A stretch of 64,000 nucleotides of DNA from Candidatus Liptonbacteria bacterium (lineage in GTDB: Bacteria > Patescibacteriota > Minisyncoccia > UBA6257 > 2-01-FULL-56-20), in NCBI GenBank assembly GCA_016867315.1, contig VGJV01000002.1:51386-115385 (forward strand). The letters run 5' to 3'. Every line of letters starts with the position of its first letter. Positions within the stretch are counted from its first letter, which is position 1. This document shows positions 10,101 through 19,142 of the stretch, in pieces. The notes under the pieces are model-generated. The model searched no databases, was not told the origin of the DNA, and saw only the letters and a program-made list of their open reading frames with translations. Both the position numbers and the translations under genes were made by a program.

Positions 10101-10331
10101 CTAGTCTCTACTATTAAAAAAATACTCACAAAAAACGGAGAGCCGATGCTCTTCGCCACTTTGGAAGATTTCTCCCCGCAACCCTTGGAAGTAATAGTAT
10201 TTACCAAAACGCTCGCCAAAACCGAAGCTGCGTGGCAGGAAAACAACGTAGTCATCCTCCAGGGCCGCATGTCCTGGAGAAACGGAGAGCCAAAGATCAT
10301 CTGCGACGACGCGAAAAAATTAGAAGCCTAA
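7167..10331 (+). CDS. dnaE: DNA polymerase III alpha subunit
   Basis: FVHLHTHSHYSLLDG, GPGRGSAAGS, PDIDIDF, YGFNKSH; start moved past the tRNA. Confidence 0.97.
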   Translation: MGKFVHLHTHSHYSLLDGLAKIEDLVGRAKELEMDALALTDHGVLYGAIEFYKKAKAAGIKPILGVEAYIAPKDRRSRDAGEKYYHLILLSENITGWKNLIKLVTKANLEGFYYKPRMDKDLLREYHEGIIALSACFTGEIQRAINEDKDTDAVLKEYVDIFGKENFFLEIGYHPHVSPKQHEKVWNGLIALSKRSGIPLAATQDIHYAHPDDREYHDVLLAVQTGSNLSDGDRLTLKADNFSMTSPEEMEKNFKNIPEAVTNTVKIAERCNVELELGKTQLPDFPKPEGKTANQYLRELAYERLPNRFSKEAQTQEVLDRLEYELGVIEKTGFADYFLIVQDLTGWARAHGIAVGPGRGSAAGSLMSYVLGITDINPLRYGLLFERFLNPERIQMPDIDIDFADTRRDEVLAYARQKYGEDRVAQIITFGTMAARAAVRDAGRAMGLQYGFCDQIAKLIPFNATIEESLEQVPELLELYKKTPDAKRVMDTAKHLEGVARHASVHACGTVISKKSLTEYLPLQYAPQDKNAIITQFEMHSVEDLGLLKMDLLGLKNLTIIEETIRLVKDLRGEEIQISNLPLDDKATFTLLQAGNTTGVFQFESSGMRRYMKEIHPTELEDLIALVALFRPGPMELIPTFIKRKHGLEKITYLHPHLEPILKTTYGIGVYQEQMMQIARDVAGYTLPEADTLRKAIGKKIKSLLDEQKSKLVNGMVKNGIPPKIAEAIWELFPPFARYGFNKSHAACYALIGYQTAYLKAHYPIEYMAALLNADLNDLDRISFLVNEAKQNNIPVLAPDVNKSFVKFAPEEGKIRFGLLGIKNVGSQIAHAIIEERIKGGAFQTFTDFLARIQHKDLNKKSLESLAKGGALESLGVERNQVIQNLDDIVRFAGAARKTAGQSNSLFGSSTASLSIKLKPAPPATREEKLGWEKELLGFYLSDHPLNSYKEKINWLKAKPLHEVRAIKDETKTFRAAGLVSTIKKILTKNGEPMLFATLEDFSPQPLEVIVFTKTLAKTEAAWQENNVVILQGRMSWRNGEPKIICDDAKKLEA

Positions 10332-10365
10332 ATTCTTAAACCCGACGACCGTCGAGTTTAAGAAT
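10332..10365. terminator. hairpin between convergent genes
   Basis: ATTCTTAAAC.CGAC / GTCG.GTTTAAGAAT. Confidence 0.55.
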
Positions 10366-10371
10366 CCGATG

Positions 10372-10776
10372 TTAAAGAATCGAGGAATGAAACTTCTCGG
10401 GTTCATGCGGTTCCATCACCTTGATTTCAAACTCCCAGTCGAATTCTTTCCCTTGTTGCCGCTTTTCTAAATCCTCCTTAAGCGGCTGCTGATCATACCC
10501 CAGCGCCACCACTGCCGGCCGCTGCTTTCGGAACATCACATAATTTTCTCCAAGCCTGTCTCCCATCACTACCTCGTCTACATATTCGGAAGACTTCAAA
10601 TGCTCCATACGCACGAGTATAGGAAGCCGAGGATAAATTCCTTTAAGCCCTTCCGCCACCGTATCTCGCGCGACAAGCGCCACAAGATAATCCCCCTGCG
10701 CCCGAGCCTGCTTCAAAAACTGTTTGTGTCCCTCGTGCAAACCATCAAAAACTCCGAACACTAAAACTTTTCGCAT
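10372..10776 (-). CDS. cytidylyltransferase-family protein (RibL-like FAD synthase)
   Basis: GVFDGLHEGH (HxGH), VARD, LGYDQ. Confidence 0.75.
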   Translation of the reverse strand: MRKVLVFGVFDGLHEGHKQFLKQARAQGDYLVALVARDTVAEGLKGIYPRLPILVRMEHLKSSEYVDEVVMGDRLGENYVMFRKQRPAVVALGYDQQPLKEDLEKRQQGKEFDWEFEIKVMEPHEPEKFHSSIL

Positions 10777-10827
10777 AGTGAAGAAAAATTACGAATTATG
10801 CATTATGCGCAATTCGTTATTCATGAT

Positions 10828-12285
10828 TCATGATTCGTTTTTGCGATGCCGCATCAAAGGATAGATCACTGTCTCGCGCAAAGGTTTATCCATAAGAAAC
10901 GCAAAAAGCCTCTCCGAAAGTCCGAATCCTGCGATGGGCGGAAATCCATATTCCATTGCTCGCAAGAATTCCTCATCAATCATCTGCGCCTCCGTATCTC
11001 CTGCTTCTCGCAATTTCATCTGCTCCTCAAATCGTGCCCGCTGATCCAAAGGATCGTTCAACTCCGAAAACCCTTTTGCCAATTCCGTTGCTCCGGCCAC
11101 TACTTGAAATCGCTCCACGCGTTCCGGATCTTCCGCCATCCGCTTCGCAAGGGGCTCAATTGCTACCGGGGGATTCACCAAAAAGCCCGGCTGAATAAGA
11201 TTGGGTCTCACAGTTTTTTTATAAATAAGATCGATGAGCCTTCCTCTTCCAAGGCCTGGTTCGAGCGCGATCTTCAAAGCCTGCGCTTTTGCCCTAAGCT
11301 CTTCAACATTTGCAGTGCGCGGATCAAGCCCGTTCGCCTCTTGGAAAACTTCACAGTACTCTATTTTCTTCCACTTCTTTCCCCATTCAATTTTTTTCCC
11401 TTGATGCATGGTAGTAAGTCCTCCAGTAACCTTCTTGATCGTCTCTTTAAATAAAGCTTCGGTGATCTTCATCAAATCATGGTAGTCCCGATACGCCCAA
11501 TAAAATTCGAGTTGCGTGTAGTCCTGGAGATGCTCCCGATCGATACCCTCGTTTCGGAAGATACGCCCGATTTCGAATACTTTCTCATACCCACTCGCCA
11601 TAAGCTTCTTCAAAGGCAGCTCCAGCGAAATCCGAAGATAGAAATCGGCATCGAGTGCATTGTGATGAGTGATAAAAGGCTCTGCCTCCGCTCCGCCCGG
11701 CACTATCTCGAACACCGGCGTCTCTACCTCCAGAAATCCTTCCTTTTTAAGGAAGTTACGAATAGTATCCCAAAACCCTGCTTTTTTGCGGAATAGTTCT
11801 CGAGCCTCCTCGGAAAAAAAAATATCCAAATACCGCTCCCGCAACCGAGTCTCTACATCTTCCACTCCATACCACGTGGAAGGCATGGGACGAAGCGACT
11901 TCGAAGCCAAGGTAAGCGCCTTCGCTTCTACGCTCTGCTCCCCCCTCTTCGTCACAAAAAGCGGTCCAGTCACAGAGAGAAAATCCCCCCGATCGAGTAC
12001 CGTCCGCCAAAATTCGAAGTCTTTTAAACTCTCCTCTTTAAGTACCGCTTGGATCGAACCGGATTCATTCCGCAAATCCAAAAACACAATTTTCCCTTGA
12101 TCGCGGATGCTCATTACGCGCCCCACAAGAGAAACTTTCTTTTTAGCCTTCGAGAGGGAAGCAAATTTTTCCTTCGCTTCTGCAACAGAGTGCGTACGCG
12201 GCACCTTCACAGGATAAGGCTCTACCCCATGGGCCTTGAGCGCCTCTAATTTTTTTCGCCGCTCGGCAATAAGATCCTCCAACAT
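10828..12285 (-). CDS. lysS: lysyl-tRNA synthetase, class II
   Basis: OB fold; GGAEAEPF, FRNEGID, FSELNDP. Confidence 0.96.
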   Translation of the reverse strand: MLEDLIAERRKKLEALKAHGVEPYPVKVPRTHSVAEAKEKFASLSKAKKKVSLVGRVMSIRDQGKIVFLDLRNESGSIQAVLKEESLKDFEFWRTVLDRGDFLSVTGPLFVTKRGEQSVEAKALTLASKSLRPMPSTWYGVEDVETRLRERYLDIFFSEEARELFRKKAGFWDTIRNFLKKEGFLEVETPVFEIVPGGAEAEPFITHHNALDADFYLRISLELPLKKLMASGYEKVFEIGRIFRNEGIDREHLQDYTQLEFYWAYRDYHDLMKITEALFKETIKKVTGGLTTMHQGKKIEWGKKWKKIEYCEVFQEANGLDPRTANVEELRAKAQALKIALEPGLGRGRLIDLIYKKTVRPNLIQPGFLVNPPVAIEPLAKRMAEDPERVERFQVVAGATELAKGFSELNDPLDQRARFEEQMKLREAGDTEAQMIDEEFLRAMEYGFPPIAGFGLSERLFAFLMDKPLRETVIYPLMRHRKNES

Positions 12286-12436
12286 TGTTATCCATACTAC
12301 CAGCTTTTTAGGCCCTTACAAAATGGAACCGTCTCTTCTTCCAACATAAATGAAGTCCTGTTTCTGCAAGGATTCTCGAACCACTTTCCCAACTAAGTGA
12401 AATCCTGCTTTTCTCGAACGTGGTCCAATATGCGAA

Positions 12437-12532
12437 GTCCTGTTTCGTGCAGAGATTCTCGGAGTGCGTCGGCACGAGAGCATAGCGGTCGCGAAAGCCC
12501 TTCGCGAACCGCGTCCCCGCAAGAAATAGGAC
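12437..12532. repeat. post-stop three-way-junction element, copy 2
   Basis: GATTCTCGGAGTGCGTCGGCACGAGAGCATAGCGGTCGCGAAAGCCCTTCGCGAACCGCGTCCC within a long outer stem; 10 nt after the greA stop. Confidence 0.85.
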
Positions 12533-12542
12533 AAGCCCCTTT

Positions 12543-13010
12543 TTATTCGATTTTTATAATCTCAAACGTAGATTTTCCTGAAGGAGTAAGCACGGTCACC
12601 TCATCTCCCTTCTCGTGTCCCATAAACGCACGTCCAAGGGGAGATTCGTCGGAAATTTTGCCCTCTTCCGGCTTCGCGTCATAAGGTCCTACAATAGTAT
12701 ATTTAGTTTCTTTGCCGTTCTTCTTCACCGTCACCGCACACCCAACGCGCACCACTCCTCCCGTTCCTCCCGCTTCCTCTTCAATAATGACTGCCTTTTT
12801 CAAAAGTTCCTCGAGTTCGAAAATGCGGTTTTCGATAAGATTCTGCTCTTCACGAGCTTCAGCATATTCAGCGTTCTCGGAAAGATCTCCGTATTCCTTA
12901 GCCCGCTTTAATTTATCGGCAATATCCGCACGACCTTCCCCTTTAAGAGTTTCGAGTTCCTTCTTCAACTCCTCGTGCCGCTCTTTCGAAAGGTGATATT
13001 GGTTCGGCAT
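12543..13010 (-). CDS. greA: transcription elongation factor GreA
   Basis: GDLSENAEY, ISDESPLGRA. Confidence 0.95.
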   Translation of the reverse strand: MPNQYHLSKERHEELKKELETLKGEGRADIADKLKRAKEYGDLSENAEYAEAREEQNLIENRIFELEELLKKAVIIEEEAGGTGGVVRVGCAVTVKKNGKETKYTIVGPYDAKPEEGKISDESPLGRAFMGHEKGDEVTVLTPSGKSTFEIIKIE

Positions 13011-13048
13011 GGTAGCGCCTAAAGGCTTAGCAATATGCAAAGCGTTAA

Positions 13049-13852
13049 TTAAATTTCGTTCTTTGCTTCTTGCTCTTCTCTGCCCGGCAGTGGTTTCGTC
13101 GCGGCAGAATTTTTAGTTCGGATATGATAGGTATCCGCCCAAAGTCTGAAGCGAATTGTAAGGGTTTCGATAGCAAAACGCAAGCCTGCCGAAAGCGGCA
13201 CTGTGGAAGCTCGGTCGTTTCTCCAATGCGCCGGAATCTCTTTGATGCGCAACTCTAAAGCACGCGCCAACGCCAAGGCCTCCACATCGAAGGCCCACCC
13301 ATTCATCTCCGCTCGAGAAAATATTTCTTCCGCTGCGCCACCCGTAAATACCTTGAATCCGCATTGGGTGTCCCACACACCGGGAAGAAGAAGCGCTTGC
13401 GCAAAAAGATTCAGCACTTTTCCGGCCACCCGTCGAAAAAGGGGTTGTGGCGGATCTAACTGCGCTCCACGCACTGCTCTCGAAGCCACCACTATATCGT
13501 ATTGCTCATGTTCATTTTGAAGATAAGGAAGGGCGAGCTCGAGATGCTCAAGAGAAGTAGAATTATCTGCATCCATAAATAGACGGATCTCCCCTCGGGC
13601 CGCAAGCATTCCTTGTCTCACCACCGCCCCTTTCCCGCGATTTTTTTTATTTTCAAGGAGAGAAAGAAAAGGGATGCCTTTGGCCATCTCACTCACAAGC
13701 TCCGCAGTGGCATCTTGCGATCCATCATTCACGACCAGAATCTCATATGAAAAGTTTTTTCCGCTCAAAATCCGATGCACATCTTGAAGCGTGGGCGGCA
13801 AGCGCTTCGCTTCGTTATACGCGGGAATGATGACGGAAAGAAATGGCTGCAT
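13049..13852 (-). CDS. GT2 glycosyltransferase (dolichyl-phosphate glucosyltransferase-like)
   Basis: IIPAYNE, DGS, GKG, DAD, DTQCGFK. Confidence 0.88.
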   Translation of the reverse strand: MQPFLSVIIPAYNEAKRLPPTLQDVHRILSGKNFSYEILVVNDGSQDATAELVSEMAKGIPFLSLLENKKNRGKGAVVRQGMLAARGEIRLFMDADNSTSLEHLELALPYLQNEHEQYDIVVASRAVRGAQLDPPQPLFRRVAGKVLNLFAQALLLPGVWDTQCGFKVFTGGAAEEIFSRAEMNGWAFDVEALALARALELRIKEIPAHWRNDRASTVPLSAGLRFAIETLTIRFRLWADTYHIRTKNSAATKPLPGREEQEAKNEI

Positions 13853-13952
13853 AGCAAGTGGTAAGTAGTAGGTAGTATGTAGCGAGAAGAATGTAAACGA
13901 GGTGAAGAATTGATTGCGTATTCTACTACTTACTACTTTCTACATACTACTT
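13853..13952. repeat. inverted degenerate heptamer array (AGTAAGT / ACTACTT)
   Basis: GGTAAGT AGTAGGT AGTATGT ... ACTACTT ACTACTT TCTACAT ACTACTT. Confidence 0.7.
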
Positions 13953-14711
13953 ACTCGTGAGTATTCTCGGTCCTGACTCCGTGATCGCCACCGTATGCTC
14001 GAAATGAGCAGTAATACTTCCATCTGCCGCCGCAAAACTATCATCAGGAAACTGCTTCACTTTGCCACGCCCTGCAGCAACCATGGGTTCAATCGCCAGC
14101 ACCATGCCAGGCAAAAGTTTGAGTCCCCGTCCGGGTACTCCCGTATTTAAAACCGAGGGCTCCTCATGAAGTTCTTTTCCAATTCCATGTCCGCATAATT
14201 TTTCTACTATAGAAAATCCGTCCTCTTCCACTCGCTTCTGAATCGCCGCTCCTATGTCCCCTAAAGTATTTCCGGGTCGTGCCTGTCTGATTCCCCCCAT
14301 AAGCGCCGCGTGAGTCGTCTTAAGCAATCGCTTCGCTTCCTCGGTGCCTTTTCCTGCGATGACTGTACGCGCCGAATCCACATTCCAATCTTTCCACGTA
14401 AGCCCGGCATCGATTTTGACCACATCCCTCTCTCTAATTTCATACCCCGAAGGAATTCCGTGCACCACGGTCTCATTTATAGAAACACAAAGCGCCGCAG
14501 GATATCGCTCATCGCTCCCGGGAGCGTGATATCCCAAAAAAACCGGTATGGCTTCCGCTTCTTGAATGAGTTTTCGGGCAAGCAAATCAAGCTCCTCTGT
14601 CCGCATTCCCACACGCACTGCACTCACTAATACCTCAAGCACGTGGGCCAAACGCTTTCCCGCTTCGGCCATCATTTCAATTTCTGCCGGAGTTTTTATT
14701 GTGATTGCCAT
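13947..14711 (-). CDS. map: methionine aminopeptidase type I
   Basis: CVSINETVVHGIP, GHGIG, HEEP, AIEPM, HFEHT. Confidence 0.95.
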   Translation of the reverse strand: MAITIKTPAEIEMMAEAGKRLAHVLEVLVSAVRVGMRTEELDLLARKLIQEAEAIPVFLGYHAPGSDERYPAALCVSINETVVHGIPSGYEIRERDVVKIDAGLTWKDWNVDSARTVIAGKGTEEAKRLLKTTHAALMGGIRQARPGNTLGDIGAAIQKRVEEDGFSIVEKLCGHGIGKELHEEPSVLNTGVPGRGLKLLPGMVLAIEPMVAAGRGKVKQFPDDSFAAADGSITAHFEHTVAITESGPRILTSK

Positions 14712-15259
14712 GAAGTATATGCGTCTTTAACAATGCCAATCACCTGCTCCAAGTTATTTTTGCCAGTATCCACCACTAAATCGAACTGGGATGGGTTCGT
14801 GTAGTCAATTTTATAAAGATCCCAGTAGCGCTTCTTCTCACTTTCCAACCGCTTCATCGTATTGTGATAAATCTCCTCGACGGAAGATCCGGCCTGACTC
14901 GCTCTCCCTTCCCGCTGGATCTGCGCGAAGGTGCGCTCAGCAGCTTTCCGAATATCCAGATTCAAAAAAACCTTAAACGCCTCGGGAATCCAATGAAACG
15001 CCATCCGCGAATCGATCACGAACCCCTCTTTTTCCTGACCTAACTTTTCGATCCATTTATCGACTTCGAAGTCAATTTCTTTTTGGGTTTCGGCGGCGAT
15101 ATTAATCCCCTCAATCGAAAGCCCGCGATCCGCCGCCATTTTTCTAAAAAGGTCCCCCGAAGAAAAATGCTCATAGCTCAAAACAAGTGCTACTCCTTTC
15201 GCAGTGCTCGATTTTCCGCTTCCCGGCACGCCGGTGATTGTAATAATCTTTTTTTTCAT
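14696..15259 (-). CDS. cmk: cytidylate kinase-like protein (archaeal-type Cmk family)
   Basis: ITITGVPGSGKSS, SSGDLFR, DSRMAF, fDLVVDT. Confidence 0.75.
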   Translation of the reverse strand: MKKKIITITGVPGSGKSSTAKGVALVLSYEHFSSGDLFRKMAADRGLSIEGINIAAETQKEIDFEVDKWIEKLGQEKEGFVIDSRMAFHWIPEAFKVFLNLDIRKAAERTFAQIQREGRASQAGSSVEEIYHNTMKRLESEKKRYWDLYKIDYTNPSQFDLVVDTGKNNLEQVIGIVKDAYTSWQSQ

Positions 15260-15837
15260 GCGAGTTCAAGTACGATATTCACGCTCTTTTGCACCGCTTC
15301 GATCGATGGCCGCCCATCCACCTCGAAAAATTCGGTGCGCTGCCGCATAAAAGGAAGCATGGGCACGGTATTCGCCTGATAATCCGCGAGCCTACGCTCG
15401 ATTGCCGCCAAAGTGTCATCGCTCCGGCCTTCTTTTTCAGCGCGAAGCAACAATCGCTTTCGAGATTCTTCAATAGGAATATCGAGGAATACCGAAGCAA
15501 ATCGCTTTTTCCCAAACGACTGCAGCAATCCAAAAAGAAAGTCAGCCTGTCCCACGCGGCGAGGAATCCCATCGAACACGATCCCTTGTTCCCGAGGTAG
15601 GGATTCAAGCTCAGTCCGCACGACACTTAAAAGCTCCTCGTCGGTAAAAAGCCTACCACTTTTTAATATATCTCCCGCGCGCGCGCCGCTCACCGTAATC
15701 ATCTCCGAATTTCGACGAAGCACTGCTCCGGTGTCCCAGAAGAAAAAACCCAGTTTCTCTGCGAGTAATTTAGCCTGAGTGCCCTTCCCAGACCCTTGCG
15801 GGCCAAGGACAAAAATAGCATCGTATCCCCGATTCAT
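15256..15837 (-). CDS. adk: adenylate kinase, short LID form
   Basis: GPQGSGKGTQA, DGIPR, GRSDD; follows secY. Confidence 0.9.
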   Translation of the reverse strand: MNRGYDAIFVLGPQGSGKGTQAKLLAEKLGFFFWDTGAVLRRNSEMITVSGARAGDILKSGRLFTDEELLSVVRTELESLPREQGIVFDGIPRRVGQADFLFGLLQSFGKKRFASVFLDIPIEESRKRLLLRAEKEGRSDDTLAAIERRLADYQANTVPMLPFMRQRTEFFEVDGRPSIEAVQKSVNIVLELA

Positions 15838-15876
15838 GGGAATAAGGTACCAAAAAATCGAAAGAACGTACAGATT

Positions 15877-17148
15877 TTATTGGATCCCTTCGTATTCACG
15901 CACCGTAAGCTGCGAATCAATCTGCCTCATGGTCTCCAAAGCCACCGCCACTACAATAAGCAACGCCGTACCGCTTACGGTAAGCACCGCTACCCCCGTG
16001 ATCGCCTGCACAATGATAGGCAAAATCGCAATGAGCCCCAAAAACACGGCCCCGAAGAAAGTCACACGATTCACGGTTTTTTTGAAGAATTCTTCAGTCA
16101 TTTCTCCCGGTCGGATTCCCGGAATAAACCCTCCTCCTCGCTGTAAATTCTTGGCTACCTCCGATGGATTGAATGTGATCGAAGTGTAGAAATAGGTGAA
16201 TGCGAACACAAGCGAGAAGTAGATGATCCCGTAGAACATTCGGTTATTAAGCACACTCGTCACGATCTCATTAAGTTTGACTCCCACCCCGGGAGAAATG
16301 GCCGTCATCACCTGCGCGATGAATTGCGGGAAAAGGAATACTGAGATTGCGAAGATCAAAGGAATCATTCCTGCTTGGTTTACTTTAAGCGGCAGGTAGC
16401 TCGATACTCCGCCGAACATCTTCATGCCCCGCACACGTCGAGCGTACGCCACAGGCACTTTCCGCTCCCCCTCGTTCAAATACACGACTCCAAAGATCAC
16501 AAGAAGCAACACTAAAAGGAATCCGATGTAGGTAGCCAATTTCGCGGGCGTGTAGGAAAGGAGCAGCAAACGCACATTCGCCGGCAAGCCCGCCACAATT
16601 CCTGCAAGGATGATAAGCGAAATGCCATTCCCCACTTTTTGCTCAGTGATAAGTTCTCCGAGCCACACTGCGATCATTGCTCCCGCGGTGATCACCACCA
16701 CAGTCGTAAGCAAAAGCCAAGCATCCGGTCGATCGAGAACTCCCGAACTCATAAGGAGTGCAAGGAATCCGTACGCCTGAAGCACTGCAAGCGGCACGGT
16801 GAGCATTCGGGAATATTGATTAAATTTCGCACGTCCTTGGGCTCCTTCCTCGTAATAAAGTTGCTTGAACTTCGGGAAAATGAGCGTCAAAAGCTGCATG
16901 ATAATTGTCGCCGTGATGTACGGTCCTACCCCCAACATCATGACCGACAAACTTTCTAATCCTCCTCCTGAAAAAAAGTTCAAAAAACCCAAGAGCTGGT
17001 TGGAGTTGAAATATTGCTGGAGTCTGTCCGCATCCACCCCGGGAATAGGAATAGCGGCAAAGAAACGGTATGCCACAAGTACCCCTAATACGATAAGGAT
17101 TTTGTTGCGGATTTCAGGGATTCTAAAAATTTGGAGGATTCGATTCAT
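15877..17148 (-). CDS. secY: preprotein translocase SecY
   Basis: LGVGPYITATII, GNGISLII, FIPGIRPG; start set at MNRILQ. Confidence 0.97.
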   Translation of the reverse strand: MNRILQIFRIPEIRNKILIVLGVLVAYRFFAAIPIPGVDADRLQQYFNSNQLLGFLNFFSGGGLESLSVMMLGVGPYITATIIMQLLTLIFPKFKQLYYEEGAQGRAKFNQYSRMLTVPLAVLQAYGFLALLMSSGVLDRPDAWLLLTTVVVITAGAMIAVWLGELITEQKVGNGISLIILAGIVAGLPANVRLLLLSYTPAKLATYIGFLLVLLLVIFGVVYLNEGERKVPVAYARRVRGMKMFGGVSSYLPLKVNQAGMIPLIFAISVFLFPQFIAQVMTAISPGVGVKLNEIVTSVLNNRMFYGIIYFSLVFAFTYFYTSITFNPSEVAKNLQRGGGFIPGIRPGEMTEEFFKKTVNRVTFFGAVFLGLIAILPIIVQAITGVAVLTVSGTALLIVVAVALETMRQIDSQLTVREYEGIQ

Positions 17149-17173
17149 AACGTTAAGTAGTAAAAAGAGACGT

Positions 17174-17273
17174 CGGCTTCGGGTGGAAAAGGGATTCTCG
17201 GAGCGCGGCGGCGCGAGAGCATAGCGGCTGCGAAAGCCCATCGCGGACCGCGTCCCTTTGCCATACGAAGCCG
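17174..17273. repeat. post-stop three-way-junction element, copy 3
   Basis: Same core; outer stem CGGCTTCG..TGG.AAAGGGA / TCCCTTT.CCA..CGAAGCCG; in the rplO-secY spacer. Confidence 0.85.
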
Positions 17274-17291
17274 CGCCGGAGCATACTCATA

Positions 17292-17735
17292 TTATTGCAC
17301 TTTTCCTCCTGCCTTCTCAATCTGAGCCTTGGCAGACTTAGATGTCGGCAAACCGTGAAGCTCGAGAGAGGCCGAAAGCTCTCCCCCTCCCAAAATTTTC
17401 ACTGCGCCGCGAAACCCCGGTGGAATAATACCTGCCTTCTGAAGTACCTCGCGGTTCACCACCAAAGGTGCCTTGCTGTCATGAAGCGGCGCTAACTTCT
17501 TTCCGAGAATTCCTACTTGAATCGGTATCGGCTTAGCCTCAATCGGCTTATTGCGAAACCCTCGACGCTTAGGAAGTCGAATAATGAGATCGCGCACCGC
17601 CGGCCGGATACGCCGCCCGGATCGGGATTTCTGCCCCTTTACTCCGCGTCCGGAATAACTGCCTCGCTTACCGCTGCGCCCAATGCGCTGCGCTCGCTTT
17701 TTAGCCGGATTTTTTTGTAATTCGTGTAATTGCAT
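17292..17735 (-). CDS. rplO: 50S ribosomal protein uL15
   Basis: RIGR..KRGSYSGRGVKGQKSR, LPKRRGF. Confidence 0.95.
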   Translation of the reverse strand: MQLHELQKNPAKKRAQRIGRSGKRGSYSGRGVKGQKSRSGRRIRPAVRDLIIRLPKRRGFRNKPIEAKPIPIQVGILGKKLAPLHDSKAPLVVNREVLQKAGIIPPGFRGAVKILGGGELSASLELHGLPTSKSAKAQIEKAGGKVQ

Positions 17736-17745
17736 GAAGGTAATG

Positions 17746-18225
17746 TTACTGCTTCTTCACTTGAGACGGCTTGAGCTTCCGAAGCGCACTAAGGGTTGCT
17801 AATGCATTCGTAAGTTTATTAGGCGTACGACCTAATACCTTAGAAGTGGCGTCTTTGATTCCGACCAGAGTAAGTACCGCACGTACTGCTCCTCCCGCAC
17901 GAATTCCATGTCCTGGAGGCGCCGGTTTTATAAGCACTTTCGCCGCGCTGTATTTGGCGAAAACTTCATGAGGAAGAGTTCGTCCGTCTCGAAGAGGCAC
18001 GGTAAAAAGAGCCTTCCTCGCTACCACTTTGGCCTTAGCTACCGCCTGCGCGACATCCACGCCCTTAGCAATCCCAATCCCCACTTGTCCCTTCATATCG
18101 CCAAGCGCCAAGGTTGCCCGAAAGCGAAATCTCTTTCCTCCAGCCACCACACGGGTGACACGCCGAAGATCGAGCATTTTCTCCTTGTATAATTCCTCTC
18201 TTTTTATTTGCGGCATATTTCTCAT
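17746..18225 (-). CDS. rpsE: 30S ribosomal protein uS5
   Basis: RVTRVVAGGKRFRF, GIRAGGAVR. Confidence 0.96.
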   Translation of the reverse strand: MRNMPQIKREELYKEKMLDLRRVTRVVAGGKRFRFRATLALGDMKGQVGIGIAKGVDVAQAVAKAKVVARKALFTVPLRDGRTLPHEVFAKYSAAKVLIKPAPPGHGIRAGGAVRAVLTLVGIKDATSKVLGRTPNKLTNALATLSALRKLKPSQVKKQ

Positions 18226-18240
18226 AGTAGGTATAGGGTA

Positions 18241-18597
18241 TTAGAACGTTAATCCTCCTGCTCGTGCGGCCTCGGCCAAAGCCTTCACTCGTCCATGATA
18301 TCGATATCCGCCGCGATCAAATACGGCCTTCTTGATACCCATCTCTGTTGCCCGCTTTGCGATCAAAGCTCCCACTTTTTCTGCAATGTGACTCTTTCCC
18401 CTACCTTCTTTTATTTCCCGATTGGAAGCCTGCGTAAGCGTTACTCCTTTTGCATCGTCAATAAGCTGGACATAAATTCCCCGGTTACTGCGAAACACGG
18501 AAAGCCTCGGCCGAAGAGCATTGCCGATAATCCGCTCATGTGTGCGGTGAGCCCGGCGCATACGAACTTGATTGTGATGTTTACGAATACTTGCCAT
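18241..18597 (-). CDS. rplR: 50S ribosomal protein uL18
   Basis: [22 protein letters not shown]. Confidence 0.96.
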   Translation of the reverse strand: MASIRKHHNQVRMRRAHRTHERIIGNALRPRLSVFRSNRGIYVQLIDDAKGVTLTQASNREIKEGRGKSHIAEKVGALIAKRATEMGIKKAVFDRGGYRYHGRVKALAEAARAGGLTF

Positions 18598-18606
18598 GGT
18601 AGTGTT

Positions 18607-19140
18607 TTACGCCGCTCCGGACGCAGCCGCCGCCTTTTTACCCGCTTTTCGACGAATTACTTCTCCTTGATAATGGATTCCCTTGCCTTTGTACGGCTCC
18701 GGTGGTTTAAGCCCACGAATCCTTGAAGCTACGCCTCCCACTAATTCTTTGTTTACTCCGCTTACTTTCATGCTTCCTTTCTCCACCGTGATCGTAATCC
18801 CCTCGGGTATGGGAAACCGAATCGGATTCACAAACCCCAGGTTCAACACGAGCGTCTTCCCTTCAAGCGCCGCTTTAAATCCTACTCCTTCAATTTCTAA
18901 AACTTTAGTGAAGCCTTGAGACACTCCCTCGGCAGCATTACGGGTATGAGACCACATCGTTCCGGTCTTCGCAGATTCTCCGGAAAAAAATGCTTTATTT
19001 TCTTCTTGCTTCAAAGTGACTCCGGCAAGAAGCGACAAGGACAAGGTTCCTTTGGGCCCTTGGAGCGTAAGAGTATTGCCTTCCTGTCGAAGCGTAACGC
19101 CCTCAGGAAGAACTACAGGTTTTTTAGTAAGTCGGGACAT
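18607..19140 (-). CDS. rplF: 50S ribosomal protein uL6
   Basis: GPKG, PEPYKGKGI, RKAGK. Confidence 0.96.
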   Translation of the reverse strand: MSRLTKKPVVLPEGVTLRQEGNTLTLQGPKGTLSLSLLAGVTLKQEENKAFFSGESAKTGTMWSHTRNAAEGVSQGFTKVLEIEGVGFKAALEGKTLVLNLGFVNPIRFPIPEGITITVEKGSMKVSGVNKELVGGVASRIRGLKPPEPYKGKGIHYQGEVIRRKAGKKAAAASGAA

Positions 19141-19142
19141 GG

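Noticed and set aside
10828-12285. Genetic code 25 (UGA read as Gly)
   Set aside because: Conserved genes are uninterrupted under code 11, lysS, rplD and yqeY end in TGA, and RF2 is present.
12350-12532. CRISPR array
   Set aside because: Units are few, degenerate and unevenly spaced; no cas genes in the window.
17174-17273. Junction element as a hammerhead ribozyme or plain terminator
   Set aside because: No CUGANGA core on either strand; no consistent U-tract, and two copies lie inside operons.
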